64,000 bases of DNA from Octopus sinensis (Eukaryota). The DNA is taken from the NCBI RefSeq assembly GCF_006345805.1, contig NC_043002.1:40114001-40178000 (forward strand), given 5' to 3'. Made by a program: the position numbers and the translations under genes. Shown here in pieces: positions 26,395-38,880 of the stretch. Below the pieces are notes generated by a model that saw nothing but the letters and a program-made list of their open reading frames with translations, ran no database searches and had not been told where the DNA came from. The first letter of the stretch is position 1. Every line of letters begins with the position of its first letter.

Positions 26395-26602
26395 AAAGCG
26401 GCAAGCTGGCGGAACCATTAGCACACTAGGCAGCATTTCATCCGTCTTTATCTTCTGAGTTCAAATTCTGCTTAAATTGACTTTGTCTTTCATATTTTGA
26501 GATTGACAAAATAAGTAAGTACCAGTTAAGCATTGGGGGTCAATGTAATCAACTTACCCACTCACCCCAAGTTGCTGGCCTTGTGCCAAAATTTGAAATC
26601 AG
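26395..26602 (+). mobile_element. SINE family B with 14-bp TSD
   Basis: TSD TATATGAATAAATT at 26381-26394 and 26603-26616. Confidence 0.85.
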
Positions 26603-27190
26603 TATATGAATAAATTTTGTTTTAAGAAATGATGATCAAGTGCAACCAATGGACAGCTGTGACGAGTAACAATATACTTTCATTTCAGTACAATAAACAG
26701 GATGTGTGGTCCTTTCACTTCAATTATGTTAAATTAATACAAAACTTAATTCCTCAAATAAACTAAGAATCATAGCTGACACATAAGTCATCATATTTTC
26801 ATGAATACAGACATCATTACTAGAATAGGTACTGAAATTTGAGCTTATCAATATAGGATTGTAATTCCAAGAATATTGTAATTCTAAGTAGTATTTCCTC
26901 TTCAAAGCTATGTTAGTACAATGTAAGTTTTTGTCCATTAAACAAACCAGCTTGTTGGATACTGAAGTAGATACTGAAGATAAGAACAAAAAGAAAATAG
27001 AAATGACATGACTGTGTGGTTAAAAAGCCTCCAGTCGGTCAGTGTCTTCAGGGAGAAATTTGGTATGGGGAGACTGTGCAAAATTTATTGCATATGTTTG
27101 TCTATATCCTTTGCCAGTGTATATCAGCAGAAGATGTGCAGTTCTGGGATTAAAATTAGTGCATTCAAAGAAAAATATCTTGTGGTATTT

Positions 27191-27514
27191 TAAAGACTCC
27201 GCCGGTTACGACGACGAGGGTCCCAGCTGATACGATCAACGGAACAGCTTGCTCGTGAAATTAACGTGCAAATGGCTGAGCATTCCACAGACACGTGTAC
27301 CCTTAACGTAGTTCTCGGGGATAATCAGCGTGACACAGAGAGTGACAAGGCTGACCCTTTGAAATACAAGTACAACTCATTTTTGCCAGCTGAGTGGACT
27401 GGAGCAACGTGAAATAAAGTGTCTTGCTCAAGGACACAACGCGTCGCCGGGAATCGAACTCACAACCTTACGATCATGAGCCGAATGCCCTAACCACTAA
27501 GCCACGCGCCCTCA
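27191..27514 (-). mobile_element. SINE family C, young full-length copy with 12-bp TSD
   Basis: TSD CTTGTGGTATTT at 27179-27190 and 27515-27526. CpGs are intact and the tRNA-like head has A and B boxes. Confidence 0.92.
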
Positions 27515-27644
27515 CTTGTGGTATTTACTCAGCTTGAATTACATAGACAATTCTTTGTCATTCTCCCCATCGAAAATGCAGTGAGCCAATGGCTGGCTAG
27601 TTGGAAATCCCCACCTACAAAATGCATGGTATAAATATAATTTT

Positions 27645-27968
27645 ATTGCTCAGTGGTAAGGGTGTCAGGCTCGCAATAATGAGGTAGTGGGTTCAATTCC
27701 AGCCCAGGTTGTGTGTTGTGTTCTTGAGCAAAACACTTTATTTCATGTTGCTCCAGTTCACTCAGCTGTAGATATGAGTTGCGACATCACTGGTACCAAG
27801 CTGTATTGGCCTTTGTCTTTCCCCTTGGATAACATTGGTGGCATGGAGAGGAGAGGCTGGTAAACATGGGCAACTGCTGGTCTTCCATAAACAACCTTGC
27901 CCAGACTTGTGCCTTGGAGGGGAACTTTCTAGGCGCAATCCCATGGTCATTCATGACCAAAGGGGTTT
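27645..27968 (+). mobile_element. SINE family D
   Basis: Head and body match 23825-24135. Confidence 0.8.
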
Positions 27969-30008
27969 TTTACCTTCTATTCTTTAAAGAATGAAACTAA
28001 AAAATGAGTTTATCATCATCATCATCATCATCATCATTTAGCGTCCGTTCTCCATGCTAGCATGGGTTGGACGGTTCAACTGGGGTCTGTGAAGCTGGAA
28101 GGCTTCATCAGGCCCAGTCAGATCTGGCAGTGTTTCTACGGCTGGATGCCCTTCCTACTTAAATTTTTATTTCATATAATCCATAACAAAATATCTGCTA
28201 AGCATGAAGAGGGCTTTTGTGAAATACAATATTTGAAATCTCCTATGTGATTTCCATATATATTGAAAACAATGTTTGTTTCAATCAGATAGTTGAGGCA
28301 ATACAGAAGTTATTGCCAAAATCATCACCATTTTTGCATCCATTTAGCATGAGTTAAATGGATCTCACAGTGACTCACTTCTTGTCACCTGGCATTCACT
28401 GCAACAGAGAAAACCAGTCAATTTTGTTGTTGTGTATGTCTTACAGTGTAAACTGTGTGCTATATCATGCCACCAGTACTAGAGACATTTTCTCCCAAAC
28501 TAAAGAGTCATTTCTACTCTGTATGATTTTTTTTTTGTGTGTGTGTGTGTGTGTTACTACTTTCCTAAATAAGTATCTTGCAATGCTGCTTGCTGAAGTC
28601 TCTAATGCACTCTTGTGTGTTGAATTTTACTAGGGACCGCTGATGTTGAATTACAGAAACTGTTTTTGAGTACACGTGCAACCATAAACTTCCAAATTTG
28701 TAAATATTTTGCTATCTTTGAACAAATCTTACATTTGGTTCATAAAAACATGGATGATACCTGATGACTTTTCATCAAACTTTAATTACGTTACAAAGGG
28801 CACTTGTTTTTATCTTTGCCACAAGGATTCATCATCATCATCACCATCATTTAACATGATGGATCTCTGTGGCAATGAAGAAGAAAATCCATTGATGAAT
28901 AATAGCCCTTTCAGTAAAAGCAAGAAATATAGAGGGGGATCTTTTGATTTATCATACATACATACACATATGGCATTTGTGTTTATAAAAAGAAAACTTC
29001 TACTATAGTGTGGCTTAGGTCTAGGTTAAACCTGATCATCCAGGATGTCTATATTCAAAGACGTTCCAGTTGTAACCATCCCATCTTTTTATCTAAAGTA
29101 ATCAGTCCTTTATGTGAGATGGTTATGTGTGATTTAAAGGAGAGTTGGATGCTATTTTATACAATAGTCAAGCAATATAACCTAATTCTCATTATCTTTT
29201 ATCAATTATATTTAGAATTATGTTCATGGTGCTGAATTATATTTAATTGCATTAGTCTGTGCAATTCATCTTTATTCTCAACCATATTTGAGTTTTTGAT
29301 TTCAAATTATATATTACAAGTTGAAATAAAGATATTCATTTAAAATTTGACTCAGTTTAAACTCTGGATATTTTGTACTTTAATTCAATAGTATTAGAAT
29401 TGAATTTCAAAATTTACATCTGTCATATATATTATATACATGTGTGTGTGTGTGTGAAGACATATGGCCTAGAGGTTAGGTGTGTTGCACTCATGATTAT
29501 GAGATTGTGCTTTCAGTTCCCAGATCGGCTGCGCTTTGTGTTCTTGAGCAAAACACTTCATTTTACATTGCTCCTGTCCACTCAGCTGTAAATGGGTAAC
29601 CCTGTGACAGACTAGCCTTCCAATCAGGAGGAATGTTGGCCTGTTTGCCCAGCAGGGTGGCATCATTCAAAAGCTAAAACAATGCAATGTACATTATGAC
29701 CACCAGTAATATATAACAACATCCAATAGTTTGGTCGGTCATGTGATATATATGTATACAAATAGGTATGTTGGTACAAATAGGAAAAATAGAACTCAAA
29801 GTATATGTATATTTCTATTAATATTTAGGGTGAAATGCTTAGCAATATTTCATTTGTCTTTACATTCTGAGTTCAAATTGTGCCGAGGTTGACTTTGCCT
29901 TTCATCCTTTCAAGGTCAATAAATTGAGTATCAGTTGCATACTGGGGTCGATCTAATTAGCTAGCCCCCTCTCCAAAAATTTTGGGTCTTGTGCTTAGAG
30001 TAGAAAAG

Positions 30009-30112
30009 AATATTTAGCAGAAGCAACAGAGTGACTCCAGGTTCAAGAGTTTCATGTGTTGGCACTTATCAAACTCAGATCTTGAGTCATTCTGTTGCTT
30101 CTGCTAAATATT
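30009..30112. repeat. 104-bp hairpin / tiny MITE
   Basis: 29-bp inverted arms AATATTTAGCAGAAGCAACAGAGTGACTC / GAGTCATTCTGTTGCTTCTGCTAAATATT with one difference. Confidence 0.85.
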
Positions 30113-30119
30113 AATAAAA

Positions 30120-30475
30120 ATATGGCCTTGTGGTAAGAAGATTGCTTCCCAACTACCTGGTTCTGGGTTCAATCCCACTGCGTGGAACCTTGGGCAAGTG
30201 TCTTCTGCTATAGCCTCAGGCTATGAGTGGATTTGGTAGACAGAAACTCAAAGAAGCCCATCATATATATATATAATGTATGCCTTTGTGTCTGTGTTTG
30301 TCCCTAGCCACTGCTTGACTACCGGTGCTGGTGTGTTTAGGTCCCCATAACTTAGCAGTTTGGCAAAAGAGACCAATAGAATAAGTACCAGGGGTTGATA
30401 CATTCAGCTGAAAATTCTTCAAGGTGCTACCCCAGCATGGCCACTGTCAATTGACTGTAACAAGTAAAAGATAAA
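30120..30475 (+). mobile_element. SINE family A
   Basis: Matches 16292-16673. Confidence 0.8.
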
Positions 30476-30524
30476 GATATATATATAGTTATATATATAT
30501 ATAACTAGTTATATATATATATGC

Positions 30525-30908
30525 CCTACTGGCACTTGTGCCCGTGCTAGTAGGGTGCCAAGAGCACCATCCGAGCATGATCGTTGCCAGAGCGGCCAAC
30601 TGGCTTCCATGCCAGTTGCACGTAAAAGGGCACCATTCAAGCATGATCATCGCCTTACTGACACCTGTGCTGGTGGCATGTGTAAAAGAATTTGAGCGAA
30701 GTCATTGCCAGTACTGCCTGACTGGCCTCCGTGCCGGTGGCACGTAAAAAGCACCCACTACACTCTTGGAGTGGTTAACGTTAGGAAGGGCATCCAGCTG
30801 TAGAAACTCTGCCAAATCAAGATTGGAATCTGGTTCGCCAACCCTCGGTCAAAATCATCCAACCCATGCTAGCATGGAAAGCGGACGTTAAACGATGATG
30901 ATGATGAT
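30525..30908 (+). mobile_element. RTE-LINE 3' UTR tail
   Basis: Family tail with internal repeats and a (GAT)n end. Confidence 0.8.
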
Positions 30909-31761
30909 ATATGCTCTCTTCTAGAAATGTAATTGCTTTTTATCAAAGTTGTAATTTTAAAGTAGAGGATAATAGACTTATTTAAGTAGAACTAAATAGA
31001 CTTATTTTACTAATATCAAATTTTTAATGGGGAGACAATAATTTTTGTCTCTTCGGGATTAATAAACGAAGTACCAAATATACTTAACTTGTGTAATTGA
31101 TACCTATGATGTGTCCTCTCCATCATATGTAAGGAAATGAACAATTCAGACAAATGAAACAAAGGGAAGTAAATAAATTTAAACGTAATGAGGTTTTCTC
31201 AGAATAGTCATTCATTTTGGACTGGTGTATTTGTAGAGCATCAGACAAAAAATACCCTACGCATTCTGAGCTCAAATCTTACTCAAGTTCACTTTGACTT
31301 TCATCTTTTCAAGGTCAATGAAATAAGAACCAGTAGAGCTGAAAGGATGTTGACCAATTGTATGTAAACTTGAAGCTGGGGTTACTGACTTTGTATATTA
31401 CTTTTTCAAATATGCTATCAGTTTATATCTAAACTTTGCTTATGATATTGATCAACAACAGTGAAAGGCAGATAATATTTAGAATATTTCACATATGTAA
31501 GACTGTGATGCTACATGTTACTGACATAGAGCCATTGATTTTAGAAGATGTGGGGACTAAAGAGGAATGTGTCGAGTATGGTCTGTTGTCCACGCACTTA
31601 AAGTAGATGAAAGATAGTGTACAGGTGAGCTGAGAGGAACAGAGAATTAAAGCACCAATCACTATATGCATGAGAGATAACTATGTGATGTGAAGGGATG
31701 ATGAGTGCAAGGTAAAAAAGTACCATTCAGTGATAATGGAAGATATCTATAGAAGGAGTTC

Positions 31762-32044
31762 CTTCACAAGCCATGCCTGGCTCATAAGGGCCGGTTTCCT
31801 TGGTGTATAGGTTCCCCACCTGGACGGACACCAATCCATCACAGGTGAGCTGCAAGATGCAGGAAGAAAGAGAGAGAATGTTGTGGCAAAAGAGTCAGCA
31901 GAAGTTCGCCATTACCTTCTGCCTGAGCCGCGTGGAGCTTAGGTGTTTCGCTCATAAACACACACATCTCCCGGTCTGAGATTCAAACCCGTGATCCCTC
32001 GACCGCGAGTCCGCTGCTCTAACCACTAGGCCATGTGCCTCCAC
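31762..32044 (-). mobile_element. tRNA-headed SINE with LINE-like tail
   Basis: Minus-strand head GTGGAGGCACATGGCCTAGTGGTTAGAGCAGCGGACTCGCGG...GGTTTGAATCTC. Confidence 0.8.
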
Positions 32045-34723
32045 ATAGAAGGAGAAGGCATTGGTAAAAGCAGTGAGGTCATATTTGAGCATCTTGAACC
32101 TTATTAATGCAATGAAGGATCATGAAATGTAGATGTCCAGATTTCAGTTTATACTGCAATCAGATTTTACTTTTACTCATGCATTGAGTATATAAAATTA
32201 ATACCAGTAATATCTGCTGCCTATTTCATCGACAGTGCTCTCTCTTATAAAACTTGACCCTACACTTTATTGATGTTATAGTTTATGTTTCAGCACAAAC
32301 CGACCTGACAAGTTGTTGTCAGTGTTAATGGCTAACATCTTGTCAATAGCACTGTACTGCATTTATGGTCAAGTCACTTGCTAGCTCAATCCACCGAGCT
32401 GTAAACATGTACAATGGGTATTTACTGTTCATCAGTGAATAGTGTTGAAGCATGTGCAGTGTAATTAATAACAATTTTATTAGCTTTAAATGCTGAATTC
32501 AGAAGCCATCTTAAGCTAGCTTTATCTTAGGATCTAAGTGCTGTTACTTAATGCAGCTGTTAGTATTGGCTGATAAGTAATAGTCCATCCTATATTAACA
32601 AACTACACAGCCAGCAACCATCTACTTGGTATCCACTAACACAATTGTTCAGTTTTTCCTTTTTTCTTCTTTTGTATTTCATTATTTTGATTATTCTTAA
32701 ATATTTATATCTTTACATGTGTATAATGTTTATGTACACAAGCACTTGTTTGTATGTGTGAAGATGGACACACAGACAGAAATTCAGTTACATTATTTTT
32801 ATGTGAAATACACTTACATATGAACTTGATTCTAATATATTATCAACAAAACTGACGTGGATTTTGTTTTTGATTTTCAAGTGCTTTCTAACATGAAGTG
32901 TTCCGATAAAAATATTATCAAAATGCAGTATTGGTGAGAAAAACATCAATTCATATATCTAGGAGTGTTCATTTAACACAAGATAGAAACCGGAATTACA
33001 CTGGTTTCAGATTTGAAAGAAATATATTGTTTTTTTTTTGCATTTTTTAAAACTTTTTTTCTCTCTCTCTCTCTCACTGGTTTCAGTGAGTGAACTGTAT
33101 CTATGCTCAGACACTAACTTCATGGGTTTTATTCAATCATATCAAGTTCAATATTTATTTCAGTCTGCTTTTTAATTCATTGGATTCTATTTATTGAATC
33201 TCTAAATCTATATATGTAATATTTGTTATATATATTATGCTTTTTATATTCGAGAAGACCTGGGGTTTCCAGTTCTTAGGAACATGATTTGACCACTTTG
33301 CATTAGATCTGAGTGTAAAGATGCTTAATCCTATGTTGTATGTATATGTGCATATTTATCATACATTGGGACTGAACTCATAGCCACATGGTTTACAAGC
33401 AAACTTCTTAACCACATAATTACATTATATGTATATAATTATTAGTAGATTATCCAACATTGCTCAGGCTGGGAAGTATCAATAAAAGGCTCAGAATTAT
33501 TCTTAATGAAAGCATGTTTGGCTTAATAAAACACTATTTGGATTTCATTTGAAAAATTATCTTTCATATAACCAAGTGTAGTTATAGTCATGGCTGGTGT
33601 CATGCAAATGGCACCCGTACTGGTGTACTGGTGGTTGGCATTAGGAAGGGCACCCAGCTGTAGAAACCATGCCCGATCAGAAGGCTTACCAGTTCCAGTC
33701 AAACTGTCTAACCCATACCAATATGGAAAGTGGACGTTAAATGATTGATGTAAGACATGAAATTCTTTTCGAATACATTTATAGCAATACATTGTATTTA
33801 CCAGATTGAGTCACAAGTTTTTTTCATTTTGCAAGCTTTAATTAATACTTCAAACAAATTACATATGAAAAGCATTTATTCATCAAAATATATCCCATCA
33901 TGTTCTATTGTTTGTTGCTATTGTTGTGCCAGAAGCACAACTCTATGTTTATAACATTCGGCTGGTTTAGAGGCAAAAAACTCCTTTTGCCTGTTTTCCA
34001 CTGCATCCACATTATTGAACCTCCATCTGTACATGAAATGAGCCATGTCTCAGAAAAGTTGGTAATCTGATGGTGCAAGGTCTGGACTGTAGGCAAGGTG
34101 AGGGAGCACTTCTAACCCCTCAAGTTTGCACTTGGTCGAGCATTAGCAGTGTGTGCTGGGACATTGTGTGTCTTCAATTGGCTAATGCTGGGTAACAGGC
34201 TTTCAAAGCATCATATATTCACTGCAGCTGTGGAGCATAAAGGCAAGAGTTAACAGCATGACCATCTGGGACAAGCTCAAATTGCAACACCCCCTCAAAA
34301 TTCCACCAAACACTCAACATGATCTGTTCAAACTGCCCTTGTTTGACAACAGCTTCTGAAGTCCAGCTAGAATGAAGCCACTGATTTGTCGTATTAGCAT
34401 TACAAAAATAGATTTTTTTTTTTTATATAATTCCCAGTTACAATTCAGTATCAAAAACAAGCATCTCACGGATTTATCAGCAGTTGTTTGCAAATTCCCA
34501 CACATTGTTGAGCCTGGTGATTGGTCATTTATGAGGAGCTTTTAAACATCATCTGTTCACAAGGCTGAGCTTATGGAGGTGTCAACTGATGATGCTTTTT
34601 GAAGGACCAAGTTCTGCTGATTTCAAGCAAGGCTTCATCTTCCACAACAGACAGTCTCCCGGACTTTGGGGAGACCTTTTGTTGTTTTTGAGGCTGATGT
34701 CACCTTGCTTGAAACATCTAAGC

Positions 34724-35357
34724 TAGTTAGTTAGTTAGTTAATTTTTTGGCTCAAAAAGCAAAAAGCAAGGCCATGTAGGGGGACATTGAGTTATGTACA
34801 GTGTGGTGTTCATGTAAAGAGTTCAGGCCACTTGAGGTCAAGGGAGACTTTGAACAAAGCGGTCGTCGGCATCTTCACCATCTCGTCTGGCAGCTTGTTC
34901 CACGGATCCGCAACCCTGACGGAGAAAGCCCCTCTCCCTTGATTGAGATGAAATCGTCGCAGATAGAGCTTTTCGGAATGACCCCGCAGCCGACTCTCTG
35001 GAGCAGGAGTGAAGAATAGCTCTTTCGAGAGGTTACACTTTCCACTTATGATGTTGTGAGCAAGAATGAGATCACCATGGCGGCGGCATTTTTCTAGAGA
35101 ATAAAGGTCGAGCGTCTTCAGCCTTTCTTCATAAGACAAATTCTTGAGACCATGAACCATGCGGGTAGCCAGCTTCTGGACTCTTTCGAGATGCTGTATG
35201 TTTTTGAGGAGATAAGGAGAAGAGGCTTGAATCCCGTACTCCAATATGGGTCTCACCAGCGTGACATAGAGCGGTAGGAATATGGCTGCTGTGAGCATTC
35301 CGAATGACCGTCGAATCAAGAACAGAATTCCGCGTGCTTTGTTCGCAACACTGACAG
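34724..35357 (-). mobile_element. CR1-clade LINE 3' end (RT C-terminus plus (TAAC)n tail)
   Basis: LYVTLVRPILEYGIQASSPY...LERVQKLATRMVHGLKNLSYEERLKTLDLYSLE...FSVRVADPWNKLP. Tail (CTAA)n. Confidence 0.93.
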
Positions 35358-36101
35358 TTCCTGGACCTTCCACATCATTAACTTCTTTTGACACTGTCCT
35401 TGCACTTAGTCCTTTTTTTTTTTTCCTACAGGTAATGTAAAATGGCTCTAAATGCAATTTGTTTCACCACTCATTATCAAAGTTGTAAAATAAAGAATAA
35501 ACAGTTCAGCAAGAACTGGACAACTTGTATCAAATTAATGATATAACATGGTGATACAAGTTATGAAAATCCAGAAAAAACTTTTGATTCGACCCTGTAC
35601 TTATAATGGCTCCTTATTGTAAATGTAGTCAGCTGACAAGGTGTCAGAGTTAGTGCGCCTGATGTAATAATTTGAATCAGGAAGTCTACAACTAGCATTT
35701 TTACACTGGAATTTATATTATATTGATTATATCCTGTGATTGGCAAGTTCATGTTTTTTTTTTATATTTATATTCTGGTGTTTTTTGTAGTATATTCTAA
35801 CTACAAATGTATGGTTAGGTGTGGCACCAGTTTATTTTTGTGTGTATGTATGCATAAGTGAATGGACAAACAAAAGAAAAAGGCATTCAACACATTTAGT
35901 AGGAGTTATGTGTATTATTTAAAACAGTTTGATTCAGCTCCATGTGACATAAAATTTGCTCGCTTCTAACAGAAACCTGAAAAAGACGGGCTTCGGTTAG
36001 AGGCCCATAAAACTTTAAGTTGTATGGAACCAAATCAAATTGTTTTAAATTTCATATATATATATATACCATATACAATTATATATATATATATATATAT
36101 A

Positions 36102-36349
36102 CAGTGGCGGCCAAAATGTTCAGAACGGCATTGTTTTCGTCAGAAAAGTAAGTATAAGTATAAGTAAATCACTAAATCATCCATAACTTTTTTATTATCC
36201 ACTCAAATTACACCAAAATCTCAGGCAATAACAAATAATATTGTATTTATTGTCTGTGAAAATTATAGAATATAAAACAACTTTGATAAAAACTTATACC
36301 TACTTTTCTGACGAAAACAATGCCATTCTGAACATTTTGGCCGCCACTG
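36102..36349. mobile_element. Tc1-like MITE, 248 bp
   Basis: ~58-bp TIRs CAGTGGCGGCCAAAATGTTCAGAA... with 2 differences, TA on both flanks. Confidence 0.92.
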
Positions 36350-36375
36350 TATATACCAGTTACTGGTGGGGGTGA

Positions 36376-36708
36376 AGGTGCATGGCTCAGTGGCTAGAGA
36401 GTCAGGCTCACAATCATGTGGTCGGGAGTTCAATTCCCAGACTGGGCTGTGTGTTGTGTTCTTAAGCAAGACACTTTATTTCACGTTGCTCCAGTTCACT
36501 CAGCTGTAGAAATAAGTTGCGATGTCACTGGTGCCAAGCTGTATTAGCCTTTGCCTTTCCCTTGGATAATTTGGGTGGCATAGAGAGGGGAGGTTAGTAT
36601 GCATGGGTGACTGCTGCTCTGCCACAAGCAACCTTGTCTAAACTTGTGCCTCAGAAGTTAACTTTCTAAGTGCAATCCCATTGTCATTCATGACCAATGG
36701 GGGTCTTT
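36376..36708 (+). mobile_element. SINE family D
   Basis: Matches 23825-24135. Confidence 0.8.
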
Positions 36709-36721
36709 TTATATATATATG

Positions 36722-36757
<36 letters not shown>

Positions 36758-37011
36758 TATATAAATAAGGAGAGAGAGAGAGAGAGAGAATGTGTTACTG
36801 ATTCTGCCAAAAACAACTTCTTACATAAGCAGAAAACCAGGAGATTGTTTATTGAAACAAACCCTAGTTCTTGACTGGTACTTTATTTCATTGACTCTGG
36901 ATGAAAGGTGGAGTTGACCTCAGTTGAAATTTAGAACAAAGCTCTTATGTTTGTGCCAAGTTATTGCTAAGTAATAATAACACTGTTATTTTCAAAAATT
37001 TCTCATTTCAG

Positions 37012-37154
37012 CTCACCGTAAAGGTAAAGACATAGATTTTGCTGCTCGAGCTGCTTTAGTGTTACCAGACTTCTGTTATGTTTTCCAACCAAACTGTATT
37101 TCTTCCATGCAATCCAATGTGCCATACCCTGCTACTATTAGTATTGAAATTAAG
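37012..37154 (+). CDS. IPPK: IPPK coding exon 5 (AHRKGKDIDF...ATISIEIK)
   Basis: tttcag acceptor in phase 1, AAG|gttagt donor, 143 nt. Contains LPDF and the EIK of the EIKPK motif. Confidence 0.94.
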
Positions 37155-37793
37155 GTTAGTACTCTTGCTTTTATCATTACTTCACTCATAATGTTTACTG
37201 CGTTTGTTATATTCACACAAGTATATAACATTAAACCTTATCCTCTCTCCAGTGTTAAGCAGCATTGAGCATAAATTTATGTCTTAACTATGCTCTTTGA
37301 CAGAACACATTAATTCAGTTTGTTTCAGTCTTCCAGATTCTACACCTATTCCATAATTGAGTGGTCGACCCAACAATCCAAACTTGCCCACATTTGCAAA
37401 AACTATGCCGACCCTGAAAGGATTAATGAATACAAAAATTACTTGTTGATGATGTTAATGTTAATTTTGCTTATGACTTAGTTACTTTTGGGCTGCATTT
37501 GAGTGTCACAAAAGATACTAATCACTCAAAATGAATAGGATTAAAAGTTATATATTTTCTGCAAATTTACTTTAGAACCAATCAAATTCATAAAATAAGT
37601 ACCCTACCCAGAAAGTCAGAATCCAAATCTTATTTTCTTTCCTTCTCATTCTTGTCTATTTTCTTTCTTTCTTTCTCCCGTTTCTCTTTAAACCTAGTTG
37701 CAGTCATTTGACCTTCAATCTTCTTTATATTACACTATGTGTTGAAATTGTCAAAGTAGCGGCGAACTTTCCCTCAAACCATACCCTACTGTC

Positions 37794-38023
37794 TTAACCC
37801 TTTCGTTACCAACCTGGCTGAAACCAGCTCTGGCTCTGTAGTACAAATGTCTTGTTTTTGAAAGTTCTGAATTAAAATCTTCCACCAAACCTTATTTACA
37901 ATTTATGTTCTTAACACTAACTGAAAGATAACTAAGTTATTTTACTAAATTCTTTTGTTATACTTAAAGTAATTGAAAGAAACACAGAGCATCTCAAAAT
38001 AAATACAGTAAGGAAAGGGTTAA
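37794..38023. mobile_element. piggyBac-type MITE family 1, copy 2
   Basis: TTAA TSD and CCCTTT/AAAGGG TIRs. Reverse complement of 6104-6332, and it splits an older repeat exactly at TTAA. Confidence 0.9.
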
Positions 38024-38260
38024 ACAAGGGAAGGACTTGTCAAATTATATAATATAGTCCTACATACCCATAAAAGAATGTGATGGTCACAGCTGGAATA
38101 AATTGACCTAGAGCAACAACAAAAGATCATCTTGCTATATGTTCCACATAATTCTTACTTAAGATTTTGTTTCCTTCTAGAAAAGCTATAAATTCTATTA
38201 AAGAAACTATCATCTTGATAATTGCTTAATATCTCTAAACTCAATTTAATTTTATTTCAG

Positions 38261-38350
38261 CCTAAATCAGGATTTATTCCAATATCAAATCATATAAAAA
38301 ATCCCATAAAATTCAAAGTTTGTAAATTTTGTATGAGATCTCATTTAAAG
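38261..38350 (+). CDS. IPPK: IPPK coding exon 6 (PKSGFIPISNHIKNPIKFKVCKFCMRSHLK)
   Basis: tttcag / gtaagt, 90 nt. Matches PKCGFIPFSSDVTHEMKHKVCRYCMHQHLK. Confidence 0.96.
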
Positions 38351-38880
38351 GTAAGTTATTTTTATTCCATCCATTTGTACATTTTTTTTTCTGTTTGCCT
38401 TAAGAGTTTATGTAGCTTTATCTTTTACTTGTTTCAGTCATTGGACAGTGGCCATACTGGGGTAGCACCTTGAAGGGGTTTATTTGAACAGACCAACCCC
38501 AGTACTTATCTTTTAAGTCTGGTCCTTAGTCTCTACAAAGTTACAGGGCTGTAAACAAACCAATACTAGTTGTCAAGTGGTGGGGTGGAGCCAAATACAG
38601 TCACACACAAACATATACATATATGACAGACTTCCACACAGTTTCTGTCTACCAAATTCATTCACAAGGCAGTAGTAGAAGACATTTGGCCAGTGTGGGA
38701 CTGAATCCAAAACCATGCACTTGCAAAGCAATCTCCTTAACCACCTTACAATGACGACAACTGGTCTGAGGTTATCTGTACAGAAGTATTCATGCTTATA
38801 TGAAAACTCATGGTCAAAATCTCATCATATGAATGATATTCTTGAGATTTCATTTGATCCTTACCTGCATAATATATAAA

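Noticed and set aside
27440-27514. tRNA genes at SINE heads (also 16292, 23825, 32044)
   Set aside because: A/B-box-like heads run straight into SINE bodies with TSDs, and there is no complete cloverleaf.
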